This document shows positions 62,392 through 64,000 of a stretch of 64,000 nt of DNA, in pieces. Source of the stretch: Candidatus Micrarchaeota archaeon (lineage in GTDB: Archaea > Micrarchaeota > Micrarchaeia > Anstonellales > Bilamarchaeaceae); contig JBDRCX010000006.1 of assembly GCA_043821365.1 (NCBI GenBank), positions 734,151-798,150 on the forward strand, given 5' to 3'. A model generated the notes under the pieces. That model worked only from the letters and a program-made list of their open reading frames with translations. It made no database searches and was not told the DNA's origin. Every line of letters starts with the position of its first letter. Position 1 is the stretch's first letter. The position numbers and the translations under genes are program-made.

Positions 62392-63303
62392 ATGGAACCA
62401 GGTCAAAAAAGATCATCAGGAACTAGATTTGGAGTTGCTGCAAAACCTCCTCAGAGGGTGGGGCTATTCGAAAGACTATTACATAGAAATAGGCCAACAT
62501 CCGCATTGGCAGTTGATTATAGGGAAATGGAACAAGAGGTTAGGCGTGCTGTTAGTGGTAGTGAAACTTTGAAGGTAGTATCTGAAGGTCGTTTACATAA
62601 AAGAAGAATTCTAGTTATTGACCATGATACAGTGCATCTTGAACTTAGACGGGATTCTATTACTGCAACAAGTGATATTGGAAAGATAGTTGCTATTAGG
62701 GCTGGTGCAACTCAATTTGTTCGTGATGTATTTGTAAATATGGGAAGAATAAGTGAACCATTTAGAAAATTACACACAGAAGGAACAATTCAGTACGATC
62801 CTAATAGTTGCAGATTTCTTGTGCATGTAGTTGATAAGTTCAGGGCACAAGAAGTGAGGCTCCAATTGCCAGAACCTTACAAAAGCTTCTTTATTTTAGG
62901 AGTTGCCAAGTCAAACAGACACAGTGCAAATGAGGCTATTACCAGAGTAATTCGTGAATGCTATCCAAGAGTAGAAGTAACTGGAGTTTTTAAAGTCCAG
63001 AGTACCATTCAAGATGCACAAGAACTTTCAATAGCAACTGTGAGTAAGAGTGATGGTTTACATGTTTCAATACATGAAAGACCGTCCTATGTTGCAGATA
63101 CAAATGCACAAAAACCAGAAGACCGTGTTGGTGCAACTGTTTTCTTTATAGAAAGCAGGTTGAATAGGCGTTTCATAAGTGCTCTTAGGGCATTACATGT
63201 AAAAAAACTTTATCTTCTTACTACTACTGGGTTGGAAAAAAGAACTGAGATAGATTTAGAAACAGCAGAACATGATCTACAATTCAGGGCTACGGATGAC
63301 TAA
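62392..63303 (+). CDS. Orphan protein with a basic disordered N-terminus
   Basis: 303-aa ORF fills the gap; no family recognised. Confidence 0.65.
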   Translation: MEPGQKRSSGTRFGVAAKPPQRVGLFERLLHRNRPTSALAVDYREMEQEVRRAVSGSETLKVVSEGRLHKRRILVIDHDTVHLELRRDSITATSDIGKIVAIRAGATQFVRDVFVNMGRISEPFRKLHTEGTIQYDPNSCRFLVHVVDKFRAQEVRLQLPEPYKSFFILGVAKSNRHSANEAITRVIRECYPRVEVTGVFKVQSTIQDAQELSIATVSKSDGLHVSIHERPSYVADTNAQKPEDRVGATVFFIESRLNRRFISALRALHVKKLYLLTTTGLEKRTEIDLETAEHDLQFRATDD

Positions 63304-63339
63304 CAAACCATATATTTGAATGAATTGTCATTCAAACAA

Positions 63340-64000
63340 TCAGGAAGCTGCACTTCCTGTCATTTTTGCTTTTTTCTCTTTATCTAATTTTCTTTTGATT
63401 GTCTTTAGACTAACAAAACTGTCTCTTTCCATTTCTTCAAGTCTAAATGTAATCAATTTCTTCTGATCTTCTAATCTTGGAATTAGAACAAATTCAAGAG
63501 CATTAACTCTTCTTTTTGTTTTTTCTATCTCTACAATAAGTCTTTTCATTGCTGTTTCTGTTTCAGCTAATTTGATAACCATCTGTAAAATTTCATTGAA
63601 ATCATCTACTGCAGCATCTATTTTTGCACTTGTTGCTGCAATTGAGTATGATGGTAATGCCATGAAGTGTTTGTGTTCCATTTTTGCGTCGATGTTTGGG
63701 ATTTTTACACCCATAACATTTCTTACTTCTATATTGATATCAATGTCTTTTTTGAGGTCCAGTGAAACTTTTGTCAGTTCCTGTATATTATGGTAAATTT
63801 CTGCAAGAGCAAGTGAATGATAACCCTGGGCAACACGCTGTGCAAGCTGACCACGAAGATCCTGTGCTTTTTTCAGAATCTTAAAGAATTCCAATATAAG
63901 TGCATCTCTTTTCTGTTTCAGGAGTTTGTGTCCTTTAACAGCTAGGGTGATGCGCTCTTTGGTCTTTATCAGTTCCATTCTTGTTGGATTTACGTCCGTT
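63340..64000 (-). CDS. atpD: A/V-type ATP synthase subunit D (start lies beyond the window)
   Basis: Frame stays open upstream as TDVNPTRMEL; KGHKLLKQKRDAL, EIEKTKRRVNALE, LEEMER. Confidence 0.95.
   Translation of the reverse strand, partial: TDVNPTRMELIKTKERITLAVKGHKLLKQKRDALILEFFKILKKAQDLRGQLAQRVAQGYHSLALAEIYHNIQELTKVSLDLKKDIDINIEVRNVMGVKIPNIDAKMEHKHFMALPSYSIAATSAKIDAAVDDFNEILQMVIKLAETETAMKRLIVEIEKTKRRVNALEFVLIPRLEDQKKLITFRLEEMERDSFVSLKTIKRKLDKEKKAKMTGSAAS

Noticed and set aside
62392-63303. JAB/MPN metalloprotease motif (SIHERPS..PED)
   Set aside because: Lacks the HxH pair and SxxD spacing; too weak without a profile search.
107-63796. The many 60-180 aa antisense or out-of-frame ORFs in the track (e.g. 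5657-6187, 32694-32927, 52887-53285, 61271-61645)
   Set aside because: They overlap well-supported genes and show no motifs; these are shadow ORFs.
1-64000. CRISPR array, rRNA, integrase, transposase or casposon
   Set aside because: No regularly spaced repeats, rRNA-like GC-rich blocks, or Cas1/PolB/recombinase motifs seen. The 15-16 bp duplications are two-copy only.

Overview
AT-rich archaeal chromosomal segment. Its compact gene set and protein style point to a DPANN lineage, probably Micrarchaeota (inference, no database check). Informational genes: Sm/Lsm, eIF5A-rps24e-rps27ae-kae1, Zn-ribbon-EF1B-rps13-rps4-rps11-rpoD, Hjc, Nth, Alba, Dus, DHS and a partial A-ATPase subunit D. Metabolic genes: the whole HMG-CoA-to-IPP segment of the Aeropyrum-type mevalonate pathway (class II HMGR, MVK, AcnX large and small, UbiD, UbiX, IPK), an aconitase-IDH-ATP citrate lyase (aclB/aclA) operon, GlnA, and a DtxR-feoAB operon with a perfect operator. 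There are many Cys-rich or lipobox surface proteins and orphan ORFs. Seven microproteins fall below the ORF-track cutoff, including two paralogous C3H zinc fingers. Four tRNA genes: one truncated at the window edge, Thr(GGU) with a D-loop intron plus what appear to be two tandem introns at 37/38, Arg(GCG) with a 126-nt intron, and Leu(GAG). Leu(GAG) is flanked by an upstream copy of its 5' end and a downstream 3'-end att-like repeat that bounds a 1.4-kb Fic mini-island. The strongest unexplained signal is non-coding. Intergenic spaces and tRNA introns are packed with short near-perfect palindromes from a few recurring families, and at three loci a 38-67 nt hairpin insert sits between exact 15-16 bp direct repeats. 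This suggests an active process that creates palindromic insertions and possibly new tRNA introns. No rRNA, CRISPR array, integrase or transposase was recognised.
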